Of a stretch of 46,824 bases of DNA, positions 18,498-26,087 are shown piece by piece (position 1 is the stretch's first letter; each line of letters begins with the position of its first letter). Origin of the DNA: an uncultured Gammaproteobacteria bacterium (GTDB lineage Bacteria; Patescibacteriota; Patescibacteriia; Patescibacteriales; GWE2-39-37); assembly GCA_964443495.1 (NCBI GenBank), contig CAYUCS010000001.1, positions 535,496-582,319 of the forward strand, read 5' to 3'. Below the pieces are notes generated by a model. The model searched no databases and was not told where the DNA came from. It saw only the letters and a list, made by a program, of their open reading frames with translations. Made by a program: the position numbers and the translations under genes.

Positions 18498-18860
18498 TTA
18501 GCGAATTATTAAGCGACGCATTAGGTCTGGGCGCTTCTTGATCGGCGGCAACATCTCGCGGACTGCCCGCTTCAGGATATCGGCCGGATTATTTTTCTTC
18601 AAATCCTTCATCTGAGTGACCTTCAAGCCGCCTGGATGCTGGGAATGGCGATAATATAATTTCTGGTCGACTTTCTTGCCGGTGAATGACAGCTGGTCGA
18701 TGTTCTTGACTTCGACGATGTCGCCCAGGTCAAGGTGCGGCTGGAATTCTGGCTTGTGCTTGCCGCGAAGCAGCATGGCAATCTGGGTTGCCAAACGTCC
18801 TACGGCTTGGCCGGCGGCGTCGATATTATGGATTTTTCGTTCTACTTTTGGTGTGGCCAT
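18498..18860 (-). CDS. rplM: 50S ribosomal protein L13 (short, 120 aa)
   Basis: IDAAGQAVGRLATQIA..LRGKHKP.F.PH.D.GD, YYRHSQHPGGLK, AVREMLP. ATG 18860. The track start at 18926 overlaps rplQ. Confidence 0.96.
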   Translation of the reverse strand: MATPKVERKIHNIDAAGQAVGRLATQIAMLLRGKHKPEFQPHLDLGDIVEVKNIDQLSFTGKKVDQKLYYRHSQHPGGLKVTQMKDLKKNNPADILKRAVREMLPPIKKRPDLMRRLIIR

Positions 18861-18873
18861 ATGAATGATGATT

Positions 18874-19224
18874 TTAAACCAGTTCGATCTGAACCATTTC
18901 CGCGCCATCGCCTTGGCGAGCGCCAAGCTTTACGATGCGGCTGTATCCGCCTGGACGTTCCTTGTAGCGGTCGCCCAACACTTCCATAGCCTTCTTGACT
19001 GCCAAAGTCTGCGGCAAAGTTGCCAGCAAGCGTCGGCGTGCGGCCAAATCGCCTGTCTTCGCTACGGTGATCATGCGATCAAGCAACGGCCTGACGGCTT
19101 TGGCTTTGGCTTCAGTGGTCTTGACTTTCTCGTAGATAATAATGCTAGAGGCCAGGTTGCGCAACATAAGCTCACGTGGTGCCTTAGCTCTGTCAAGTAT
19201 TACATTTTTGTTTCGATGCCTCAT
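18874..19224 (-). CDS. rplQ: 50S ribosomal protein L17
   Basis: MRHR start, IIYEKVKTTEAKAK, RYKERPGGYSRIVK...RQGDGAEM. Confidence 0.98.
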   Translation of the reverse strand: MRHRNKNVILDRAKAPRELMLRNLASSIIIYEKVKTTEAKAKAVRPLLDRMITVAKTGDLAARRRLLATLPQTLAVKKAMEVLGDRYKERPGGYSRIVKLGARQGDGAEMVQIELV

Positions 19225-19252
19225 AGTAGTGCATTAATAACTAGCGAAAGGC

Positions 19253-20071
19253 TTAGCCCTTCTTTGGTCGTCCGCGCTTCTTTTTCGATTCTTGCTCGTC
19301 ACCATCTTCGTCTTCCGACTCTTCTTCCGCTTCATCTTCGGTCGCTTCCTCTTCGGAAGCGGCTTCCTCTGACTTCTTTGCGGCTGGTGCGGCCAATAAA
19401 GCGCCGAACTGTTCGATTAAAATATTTACAGAATCAGTAAATGCCTGTTCGGTGGTGATGGTGCCATCAGTGGTGATGGTCATTACCAGCTTGTCCCAGT
19501 TGGTCATCTTACCGACACGGACGTTATCGACCTGCAGGCCGACGTTCATGACCGGCGAGTAAGCGGAGTCGATCTCGATGTAGCCGATCTCGTGCTTGAC
19601 CTTCTCGCGGCTTTCGATAGTCTCATAACCGCGGCCGGCCTGGACGGAAATTTCCATCTGCAGGTTGCCAGCCATGTCGGTGATATTGGCGATAACTAGG
19701 TCCTTGTTGATGATCTCGACCTGGCTGTTAGCTTCGATGTCGGCGGCAGTGACAATCTTTTCGCCGTGGACGTTCAATTCCAGCTTGATGACCTGGTCGC
19801 TATGGACCTTGAGGCGAAGCTGCTTCAGGTTCATGATGATTTCCAGGACGTCTTCTTTGACGTGCGGGACGGTCATGAATTCATGGTCAGCACCTTCGAT
19901 TTTTACGCCGATAACTGCTGCGCCCGGAAGCGAAGACAGGAGCACGCGACGCAAGGAATTGCCCAAAGTGATACCGTAACCCGGAAAGCAAGGCTCGATC
20001 GTAACGACCTCCTGGTTAGGTTGCTCACCCTTCTCGATTTTGATTTTTTGTGGCAAGGCAATTTTTTCCAT
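19253..20071 (-). CDS. rpoA: RNA polymerase alpha subunit lacking the canonical alpha-CTD
   Basis: EPCFPGYGITLGNSLRRVLLSSLPGAA, HEF..VPHVKEDVLEIIMNLK, IDSAYSPV.NV...V...RVG. Ends in an acidic tail plus KKKRGRPKKG. Confidence 0.97.
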   Translation of the reverse strand: MEKIALPQKIKIEKGEQPNQEVVTIEPCFPGYGITLGNSLRRVLLSSLPGAAVIGVKIEGADHEFMTVPHVKEDVLEIIMNLKQLRLKVHSDQVIKLELNVHGEKIVTAADIEANSQVEIINKDLVIANITDMAGNLQMEISVQAGRGYETIESREKVKHEIGYIEIDSAYSPVMNVGLQVDNVRVGKMTNWDKLVMTITTDGTITTEQAFTDSVNILIEQFGALLAAPAAKKSEEAASEEEATEDEAEEESEDEDGDEQESKKKRGRPKKG

Positions 20072-20096
20072 AGTTGCTTTTTATATAATTTATGTT

Positions 20097-20726
20097 TTAG
20101 CGTGAATAGAACTCGACAATCATTTGCGGATTCAGATTCAGTGCTAAATCATCTTTCTTCGGCAGATTCAAGACTTTGCCGGACAAGGCGGCTGCATCAA
20201 GGTTCAACCATCCAGGGATGGACTGCTTCTTGATCTTCTCGCTCAGATTGGCAAAGACTTTGGCTTTCTTGCTAGACCCCTTGATGGCTACGATGTCACC
20301 GACCTTGACGATAAATGACGGGATGGTGACTGTCTTGCCATTGACGGTGAAATGGCCGTGGTTGACCAGCTGGCGGGCCTTGTCGCGGGATTCGGTGAAG
20401 GCCAGGCGGTAAACGACGTTGTCCAAGCGGCTTTCAAGCAAACGCAGGAAGTTCTCGCCGGTATCGCCGGACTGGTCCTGAGCTTTTTCGAAAGTTAGAT
20501 GGAATTGCTTCTCGAGCATACGGTATTCCTTCATAGCTTTCTGCTTTTCAGCGAGCTGCAGGCCGTATTCAGTCTGGCGGGTGCGGCCCTTCGAGCCGTG
20601 GACTCCAGGCGGGAAATTCCGCTTGACGATTCCGCACTTAGCGCTATTGCAACGTTCACCCTTCAGGAAAAGCTTATCTCCCAAGCGGCGGCACTGCTTA
20701 CATTTTGGATCTAGATTTCTTGCCAT
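20097..20726 (-). CDS. rpsD: 30S ribosomal protein S4 (Zn-binding type)
   Basis: CKQCRR..KLFLKGERC...KC, LESRLDNVVYRL, ARQLVNHGH, IVEFYSR. Confidence 0.98.
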   Translation of the reverse strand: MARNLDPKCKQCRRLGDKLFLKGERCNSAKCGIVKRNFPPGVHGSKGRTRQTEYGLQLAEKQKAMKEYRMLEKQFHLTFEKAQDQSGDTGENFLRLLESRLDNVVYRLAFTESRDKARQLVNHGHFTVNGKTVTIPSFIVKVGDIVAIKGSSKKAKVFANLSEKIKKQSIPGWLNLDAAALSGKVLNLPKKDDLALNLNPQMIVEFYSR

Positions 20727-20749
20727 ATTTATTCAAGTAAGTTCATTGA

Positions 20750-21358
20750 TTAAACGCGTCTCGGTTTCTTAGCGCGGCAGCCGTTGTGCGGGATCGGGGT
20801 GATGTCGCGGATATAGCTGACAGTCAGACCACTGGCGTTCAATGCGCGGATAGCGGACTCGCGGCCGGTGCCTACGCCCTTGACGTAAACGCCGACTTCC
20901 TCGAGGCCGTATTCCTTGGCACGCTCGACAGCGATGCGGGTGATGATCGAAGCGGCATAAGGAGTCGATTTCTTCGGGCCCTTGAAACCTGCCACGCCGG
21001 CGCTTGCCCAGCTGATGACGTTTCCGGTATTGTCAGCCAATGTGATGATAGTATTGTTATAGGTGGCCTTGATGAAAGCTTTGCCGACGCTGACCTTCTT
21101 GTCGATCTTCTTTTTCTTGCCTTTTTTCTTGGCACCTTTGCCTTCAGCCTTCTCTTTGCGCTTTTCCAAAATCTTCTTGACGCTCTCTGGCAGCTCCTCG
21201 GCCTGGCCGTGGACTACGCGCACAACTTTGTCATTCGACTTGTCGTCACGGAATGAGAAAATTTCACCCGCTGCATTGTCATTCTGGGTGTCGTCGGTTG
21301 CTGGCGTTACTGGAGTTTCGTCAGCGGTTTCTTGATTGTTAGTCTTCTCTTCAGACAT
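20750..21358 (-). CDS. rpsK: 30S ribosomal protein S11 with long N-terminal extension
   Basis: [49 protein letters not shown]. About 80-aa acidic then Lys-rich N-extension. ATG 21358. Confidence 0.97.
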   Translation of the reverse strand: MSEEKTNNQETADETPVTPATDDTQNDNAAGEIFSFRDDKSNDKVVRVVHGQAEELPESVKKILEKRKEKAEGKGAKKKGKKKKIDKKVSVGKAFIKATYNNTIITLADNTGNVISWASAGVAGFKGPKKSTPYAASIITRIAVERAKEYGLEEVGVYVKGVGTGRESAIRALNASGLTVSYIRDITPIPHNGCRAKKPRRV

Positions 21359-21382
21359 AAAATAATTCGTAGTTAACAAAGA

Positions 21383-21775
21383 TTAGGTCTTTTGTGCTGC
21401 CTTGGCGCGGCCGGAACCCATGGTCTTGCGGGCGTTGCCGCGAGTGGTCCGATTATTGGTCTTGGTGCGCTGTCCGCGCAGTGGCAAGCCCTTGGCGTGG
21501 CGGGAGCCGCGGTAAGAAGCGATATCCTTAAGGCGCTTGATGTTGCTCAAGACTTCGCGTCGCAAATCGCCTTCTACCTTGTTCTGCTTTTCAATCAGGT
21601 TGCGGATCTTGTTCACCTGTTCATCGGTCAAGTCCTTGACGCGGACGTCAGGGCTGACGCTGGTCTGGCCCAGGATCTTCTGCGACTTGGTCAAGCCGAT
21701 ACCGTAGATGTAGGTCAATGCGACCTCTACTCGTTTATCATTAGGAATTGTGACTCCGGCGATTCTAACTGCCAT
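21383..21775 (-). CDS. rpsM: 30S ribosomal protein S13
   Basis: [38 protein letters not shown]. Confidence 0.98.
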   Translation of the reverse strand: MAVRIAGVTIPNDKRVEVALTYIYGIGLTKSQKILGQTSVSPDVRVKDLTDEQVNKIRNLIEKQNKVEGDLRREVLSNIKRLKDIASYRGSRHAKGLPLRGQRTKTNNRTTRGNARKTMGSGRAKAAQKT

Positions 21776-21800
21776 AAATTCTTAGGTAATAAATAAATAA

Positions 21801-21914
21801 CTACCCCTGTCGCTGTTTGTGCTTGGGGTTCTTGCAGACAACGCACACTCTGCCCTTGCGGCGGATAGTTTTGCAGTCTTTGCAGATTTTTTTAACTGAT
21901 GCTCGTACTTTCAT
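21801..21914 (-). CDS. rpmJ: 50S ribosomal protein L36 (37 aa, Zn-binding), absent from ORF track
   Basis: Hand translation [37 protein letters not shown], between infA and rpsM. Confidence 0.97.
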   Translation of the reverse strand: MKVRASVKKICKDCKTIRRKGRVCVVCKNPKHKQRQG

Positions 21915-21926
21915 AAATGGGGATAA

Positions 21927-22175
21927 TTATAAACGGTAGGTGATCCGACCCTTGGTCAGATCGTAAGGGCTCATTTCAAGCTTGACCCTGTCTCCTGGCA
22001 ATAGGCGGATCTTGTTCATCCGCATCTTGCCCGAAAGGTGGGCTAGGACTTCATGGCCGTTGGCCAGCGCGATCTTGAAGGTGGCGGCTGGCAATAGCTC
22101 CAATACCTCACCTTCGGTTTCGATGAAATCCTTGGAGCTGTTCTGCTCTGGCTGTACTCTGTCTCTATGTCTCAT
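21927..22175 (-). CDS. infA: Translation initiation factor IF-1
   Basis: [12 protein letters not shown]...F...[40 protein letters not shown]. Confidence 0.98.
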   Translation of the reverse strand: MRHRDRVQPEQNSSKDFIETEGEVLELLPAATFKIALANGHEVLAHLSGKMRMNKIRLLPGDRVKLEMSPYDLTKGRITYRL

Positions 22176-22273
22176 TTAATAAACAAAAAATTTTGGTAAA
22201 ATTGCATCTTACCAAAAATTGGTAGATTGGATTAAGCTAAAAATATTGATCTAATCTAATCAATTGCAAAATA

Positions 22274-22302
22274 ATTATATATGCAATGTTCCGGTATGTC
22301 AA
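22274..22302 (-). promoter_or_regulatory. Consensus sigma70 promoter of the infA-rpsI operon with AT-rich upstream tract
   Basis: Minus strand TTGACA (22302-22297), 17-bp spacer, TATAAT (22279-22274). Very AT-rich sequence at about 22311-22365 upstream. Confidence 0.8.
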
Positions 22303-22453
22303 GGATATTGGCTAAAAATTAAATAAAATTAATAATTTGCTAATTTTAGTAATTTTTAAACAAAACTAACGGGTCATTAATCCCCTATTCAAGTCTTTTC
22401 CTTCAACTGCCTGAGCGGCAGCAGCGGAATTATTAACATATTTCGATCCCCGG

Positions 22454-24313
22454 TTATTCCAATACCGCTTTGATACGGCGTACACCGGAGGACGAACTTT
22501 CTTCCTTCTGTATCTTAAATTTACCTAAAATTCCAGTTCTGTCAACATGCGGCCCGCCGCAGATCTCCCGGCTGGCGATATTATCACCTTCACCAGCGGT
22601 ATAAACCTTCACTTTTTCGCCGTATTTTGACTCGAATACGCCGGTCGCCCCGATGGCCTTAGCTTCCTCGAGGGTCATTTCCTGGTAAGCGACTGGCAGG
22701 TCGTCGGCGATATTCTTGTTGACGATAGCTTCGACTTGGCTGATTTGCTCCGGGGTCATTTTTTCCGCATGTGAGAAATCGAAGCGCAGGCGCTCGGCGG
22801 TAATATTGGAACCCTTTTGCTGTACGTGGTCGCCCAGGACCTGGCGCAAGGCGGCCAGCATCAAGTGGGCGGCGGTGTGCAGTTTCTTGGTTTCGTCCGA
22901 AGCGTCAGCCAACCCGCCCTTGAACATGCCGGCTGAAGCCGTGCGCGACAGCTCCTGGTGCTTCTCCAATTCCTGATTGAAGGAGGCTTCGTCTATGGTC
23001 AGGCCGGCTTCGGCGGCCAATTCTTTGGTGATTTCCAGCGGAAAACCGTAAGTCTGGTATAAATTGAAGGCATCGACGCCATCGATCAGCCTCTCGGCGA
23101 TCTGGGTTTTATTCTTAAGCTTCTCGAATTCTTTCAAGCCGTTTTCCAGGGTCTTGCTGAATTTTTCCTCTTCCTCGTTCAATTGGGCCAGGACGAAGCC
23201 CTGGTTCTTAGCCAATTCCGGGTAAATCTCGGCAAAATCAGCGATGATTACCTTGGCGACTTCACTGATCCAGGTCTGATTGACCAGGCCGAGCTGGCGG
23301 CCGTAGCGCATGGCGCGCCTCAGAAGACGCCGCACGACGTAGCCGTGAGCGTTATTCGAGGGGGTGACGCCTTTGTTGTCGCCGATGATGAAGGTCGAGG
23401 CCTTGAGATGGTCGGCTATGACGCGCATGGCTTTGTCATCTTTCTCATTCGCGCCATAGGTTTTGCCGGTAAGGGCCTCGAGCTTATTGAAAATCGATCT
23501 GAAAATGTCGGTTTCGAAGACGCTCTGCTTGCCGGTCAGGACGGTGATGGTACGTTCCAGCCCCATGCCGGTATCGACGTTCTTCTGTGACAGCTTCTCG
23601 AATTTGCCTGGCGCGACCTTGTTGAATTCCATGAAGACGTCGTTCCAGATTTCCATGATGCGGAAGCGATCGACTTCCTCGTCGAAAGTCAGCGCAAGCG
23701 GGCCTTCTTCCGGGCGGACATCATAAAACATCTCAGAGCATGGGCCGCATGGGCCGGTTTCGCCGGCCGGCCCCCACCAGTTGTCTTTGGCGGGCAAGGT
23801 GAAAATGCGATAAGCAGTATTGCCGTTGATTTTGTCTCCATAAGGGCAAACTTCGGCCTTGATGCCGAATTTGGCGTATTGCTCTTGCCAGACTGCGATC
23901 GATTCTTCGTCGATCGGAGAATCATCGTTGCCCATGAAGACGGTGACGTAAAGGCGGTTCGGATCTAGTCCGAGCCATTCTTTGGAAGTCAGGAATTCCC
24001 AGCTCCAGCTGATAGCCTCTTTCTTGAAGTAGTCGCCGAACGACCAATTGCCCAACATCTCGAAAAAGGTCAGGTGGCGGTTGTCGCCGACATCGTCGAT
24101 ATCGCCAGTGCGGATACACTTCTGCACATCCGCGACGCGGGTGCCGCCCGGGTGGTTCTCGCCCATCAGATAAGGCACCAACGGGTGCATGCCGGCGGTT
24201 GTAAAGAGGACGGTCGGGTCATTTTCCGGCATCAAAGAAGCGCTCGGAATGATCGAGTGGCCTTTGGATTTGAAGAAATCGAGATATTTCTGCCTGAGTT
24301 CGTTGGCGGTCAT
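22454..24313 (-). CDS. alaS: Alanyl-tRNA synthetase lacking the C-Ala domain
   Basis: DPTVLFTTAGMHP, RHLTFFEMLGNWSFGDYFK, VDTGMGLER, editing HTAAH and CGGPH. Stops right after SSSGVRRIKAVLE. Confidence 0.97.
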   Translation of the reverse strand: MTANELRQKYLDFFKSKGHSIIPSASLMPENDPTVLFTTAGMHPLVPYLMGENHPGGTRVADVQKCIRTGDIDDVGDNRHLTFFEMLGNWSFGDYFKKEAISWSWEFLTSKEWLGLDPNRLYVTVFMGNDDSPIDEESIAVWQEQYAKFGIKAEVCPYGDKINGNTAYRIFTLPAKDNWWGPAGETGPCGPCSEMFYDVRPEEGPLALTFDEEVDRFRIMEIWNDVFMEFNKVAPGKFEKLSQKNVDTGMGLERTITVLTGKQSVFETDIFRSIFNKLEALTGKTYGANEKDDKAMRVIADHLKASTFIIGDNKGVTPSNNAHGYVVRRLLRRAMRYGRQLGLVNQTWISEVAKVIIADFAEIYPELAKNQGFVLAQLNEEEEKFSKTLENGLKEFEKLKNKTQIAERLIDGVDAFNLYQTYGFPLEITKELAAEAGLTIDEASFNQELEKHQELSRTASAGMFKGGLADASDETKKLHTAAHLMLAALRQVLGDHVQQKGSNITAERLRFDFSHAEKMTPEQISQVEAIVNKNIADDLPVAYQEMTLEEAKAIGATGVFESKYGEKVKVYTAGEGDNIASREICGGPHVDRTGILGKFKIQKEESSSSGVRRIKAVLE

Positions 24314-24406
24314 ATTTTTTATTTGGTAATAAGAATAAATTAATTATACTGATTTTCGCATTTTTTTCAAGGATTTAGTCGTTACGCGTGCTGGGTGATT
24401 TAAAAC

Positions 24407-24477
24407 GCTCAGTCTTAGGATAGTTTTACTGCTTAGACGAGTACGTATGCGCATTAAAAACTATCCTAAGACTGAGC
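24407..24477. repeat. Intergenic hairpin element copy A
   Basis: 21-bp perfect inverted repeat GCTCAGTCTTAGGATAGTTTT around core ACTGCTTAGACGAGTACGTATGCGCATTA. Confidence 0.9.
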
Positions 24478-24513
24478 TGATGTTGGATATTATAAATTAA
24501 AAGAATGATTATT

Positions 24514-24559
24514 AAAAAGAGAGGCCGGTCGATCATCCTCTCGGTAGAATCGCCGGCCT
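24514..24559 (-). terminator. Terminator-like hairpin after the micro-ORF pair
   Basis: AGGCCGG/CCGGCCT stem with an alternative GAGAGG/CCTCTC pairing, followed on the minus strand by TTTTT. Confidence 0.55.
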
Positions 24560-24563
24560 GTAG

Positions 24564-24614
24564 TCAGCAGCCTTCTTTGCAGTGGTTTACCCCTGCGATA
24601 TTCAGTTTCCTCAT
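24564..24614 (-). CDS. Candidate 16-aa micro-ORF
   Basis: MRKLNIAGVNHCKEGC*, preceded by AAAGGAGGTGATCC (24630-24617), 14 nt complementary to the canonical 16S 3' tail. Confidence 0.4.
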   Translation of the reverse strand: MRKLNIAGVNHCKEGC

Positions 24615-24648
24615 TAGGATCACCTCCTTTCGTGGTTTCGGTGCCGGT

Positions 24649-24795
24649 TCAAGGGTTGCCGCCGTTGTGCGTCGGGCCATGGACCTGGCAGGTGTGATGG
24701 ATTAGCTCGCTTTTCTTGCGGTAGGTGCCGCAAGTGCAAGGCGCTTTCTTGACCGTAACGATCGGTGTGTGGTTGGAAAACGGACTTTTCGGCAT
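24649..24795 (-). CDS. Candidate 48-aa Cys/His-rich small protein
   Basis: MPKSPFSNHTPIVTVKKAPCTCGTYRKKSELIHHTCQVHGPTHNGGNP*. SD AAAGGAGG at 24807-24800. Starts 16 bp after the mnmA stop. Confidence 0.5.
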   Translation of the reverse strand: MPKSPFSNHTPIVTVKKAPCTCGTYRKKSELIHHTCQVHGPTHNGGNP

Positions 24796-24811
24796 TTCCC
24801 CTCCTTTGCTA

Positions 24812-25885
24812 TCAGGATATGATACCGCCGCCTATTACGGCGTCATCTTGGTAGAAGACTACGCTTTGCCCTGGCGTGATGGCGCGCTGGGGCGTTTTGA
24901 AATGAACATTATATGAATTCCCTGTCCGGTCAATCGTGACTTCGCAGGGTTTGTGGCGGTAACGGATAACGGCTTGGCAGTCGAATGGCACGGCCGGCTG
25001 CTCTCCGCTCCAGGAAATCTCGTTCACTTGGAGTCGGTCGCGGTAGAGCTCCGGGCCTTCGCCGTTGCTGGTAACATACAGTATATTTTTCGGATAATCA
25101 AATCCGGCGACATAAAAGGGGCCGATGCCGCCGATTTCCACGCCTTTGCGCTGACCAATGGTATAAAGCGGCAAGCCCTTGTGTTCGCCGACCGTCTGGC
25201 CCTCCAGGGTGATGATGGGCCCGGATTGGAGGTCGAGGTGGCGCTTCAAGAAGTCGTTATGGTCGTTCGAGCCGACGAAGCAAATCTCCTGGCTCTCCGG
25301 TTTGGAAGCAGTGGTCAGGCCGAAGCGCTCAGCCAGTTCCCTGACCTCGGGCTTGGTCAAGTTGGCCAAAGGAAAGATGATTCGCTTGAGCTTGTCTTCG
25401 GTCAAGGTGTAAAGGAAGTAGGTTTGATCCTTGTTCAGGTCTGTCGGACGGGCGAGTTGCAGATGTCCGTCGCGCTCGACGATGCGGGCGTAATGGCCCG
25501 TGGCGACGGCGTCGAAACCGAGTTCTTCTGCCTTCTTCAGGATCGCGTCGAACTTGATGTATTTGTTGCAGGCAACGCAAGGATTCGGCGTATTGCCCCG
25601 TTGATATTCAAGCAGGAATTCATCGACGATCTGCCGTTTGAATTGATCGTCGAGGTTGAGGGTATATAAAGGAAACCCCAGCTGGTTGGCGACTCGGCGG
25701 GCGTCATTGAATGATTCGACGGAGCAGCATTTGTTGGTTTGGGCTTGATTGAGGCTCTCCTCGGCCCAGAAATGCATGAAAATACCCATGAGCTCATGCC
25801 CCTGTTCCTTAAGCAAAGCGGCGGCGACCGAAGAATCCACGCCGCCGGACATCGCGATTATGATTTTTTTACCCTCATTTTGCAT
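24812..25885 (-). CDS. mnmA: tRNA 2-thiouridine(34) synthase
   Basis: AMSGGVDSSVAA PP-loop, TPNPCVACN..IKF, ATGHYAR, KDQTYFL, ESQEICF, GLPLYTIGQR, RAITPGQSVVFY. Confidence 0.98.
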   Translation of the reverse strand: MQNEGKKIIIAMSGGVDSSVAAALLKEQGHELMGIFMHFWAEESLNQAQTNKCCSVESFNDARRVANQLGFPLYTLNLDDQFKRQIVDEFLLEYQRGNTPNPCVACNKYIKFDAILKKAEELGFDAVATGHYARIVERDGHLQLARPTDLNKDQTYFLYTLTEDKLKRIIFPLANLTKPEVRELAERFGLTTASKPESQEICFVGSNDHNDFLKRHLDLQSGPIITLEGQTVGEHKGLPLYTIGQRKGVEIGGIGPFYVAGFDYPKNILYVTSNGEGPELYRDRLQVNEISWSGEQPAVPFDCQAVIRYRHKPCEVTIDRTGNSYNVHFKTPQRAITPGQSVVFYQDDAVIGGGIIS

Positions 25886-25913
25886 AAATGCTTTATACTA
25901 CATTATCCTATTC

Positions 25914-25941
25914 TTGACAAATCCTAGGATAATGTCATAAT
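25914..25941 (+). promoter_or_regulatory. sigma70-type promoter with no downstream ORF
   Basis: TTGACA (25914-25919), 16-bp spacer, TGt-CATAAT (25933-25941). Confidence 0.55.
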
Positions 25942-25946
25942 AGCAT

Positions 25947-26041
25947 TGCCGTAAACTTTGCTTTGCAAAAACCCGCTCCTTCCACCGCGAAGCAAAAAAC
26001 CCTCCTAGGGGTGCAGTCACCAGCTGCACCCCATTTTTTTT
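25947..26041 (+). ncRNA. Candidate ~90-nt small RNA
   Basis: Bounded by the promoter above and a GC-rich terminator GGGGTGCAG/CTGCACCCC + T8 (26008-26041). Internal stem TTTGCTT/AAGCAAA. C-rich loop. No ORF. Confidence 0.5.
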
Positions 26042-26044
26042 CAA

Positions 26045-26078
26045 AAACAAAAGCGACCCGTCTGGGTCGCTTTTGTTT
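26045..26078. terminator. Intrinsic terminator of the CAP-domain gene
   Basis: AAACAAAAGCGACCC-GTCT-GGGTCGCTTTTGTTT 15-bp inverted repeat. Confidence 0.85.
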
Positions 26079-26087
26079 GGTGTAATT

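Noticed and set aside
24617-24630. GGATCACCTCCTTT, identical to the 16S rRNA 3' end
   Set aside because: No other 16S sequence flanks it. It is better read as an extended SD on the minus strand.
24313-24810. T-box riboswitch upstream of alaS (or serS)
   Set aside because: No T-box consensus (GGTGGnACCGCG) or specifier stem was found. alaS has its own -10 near 24343-24348.
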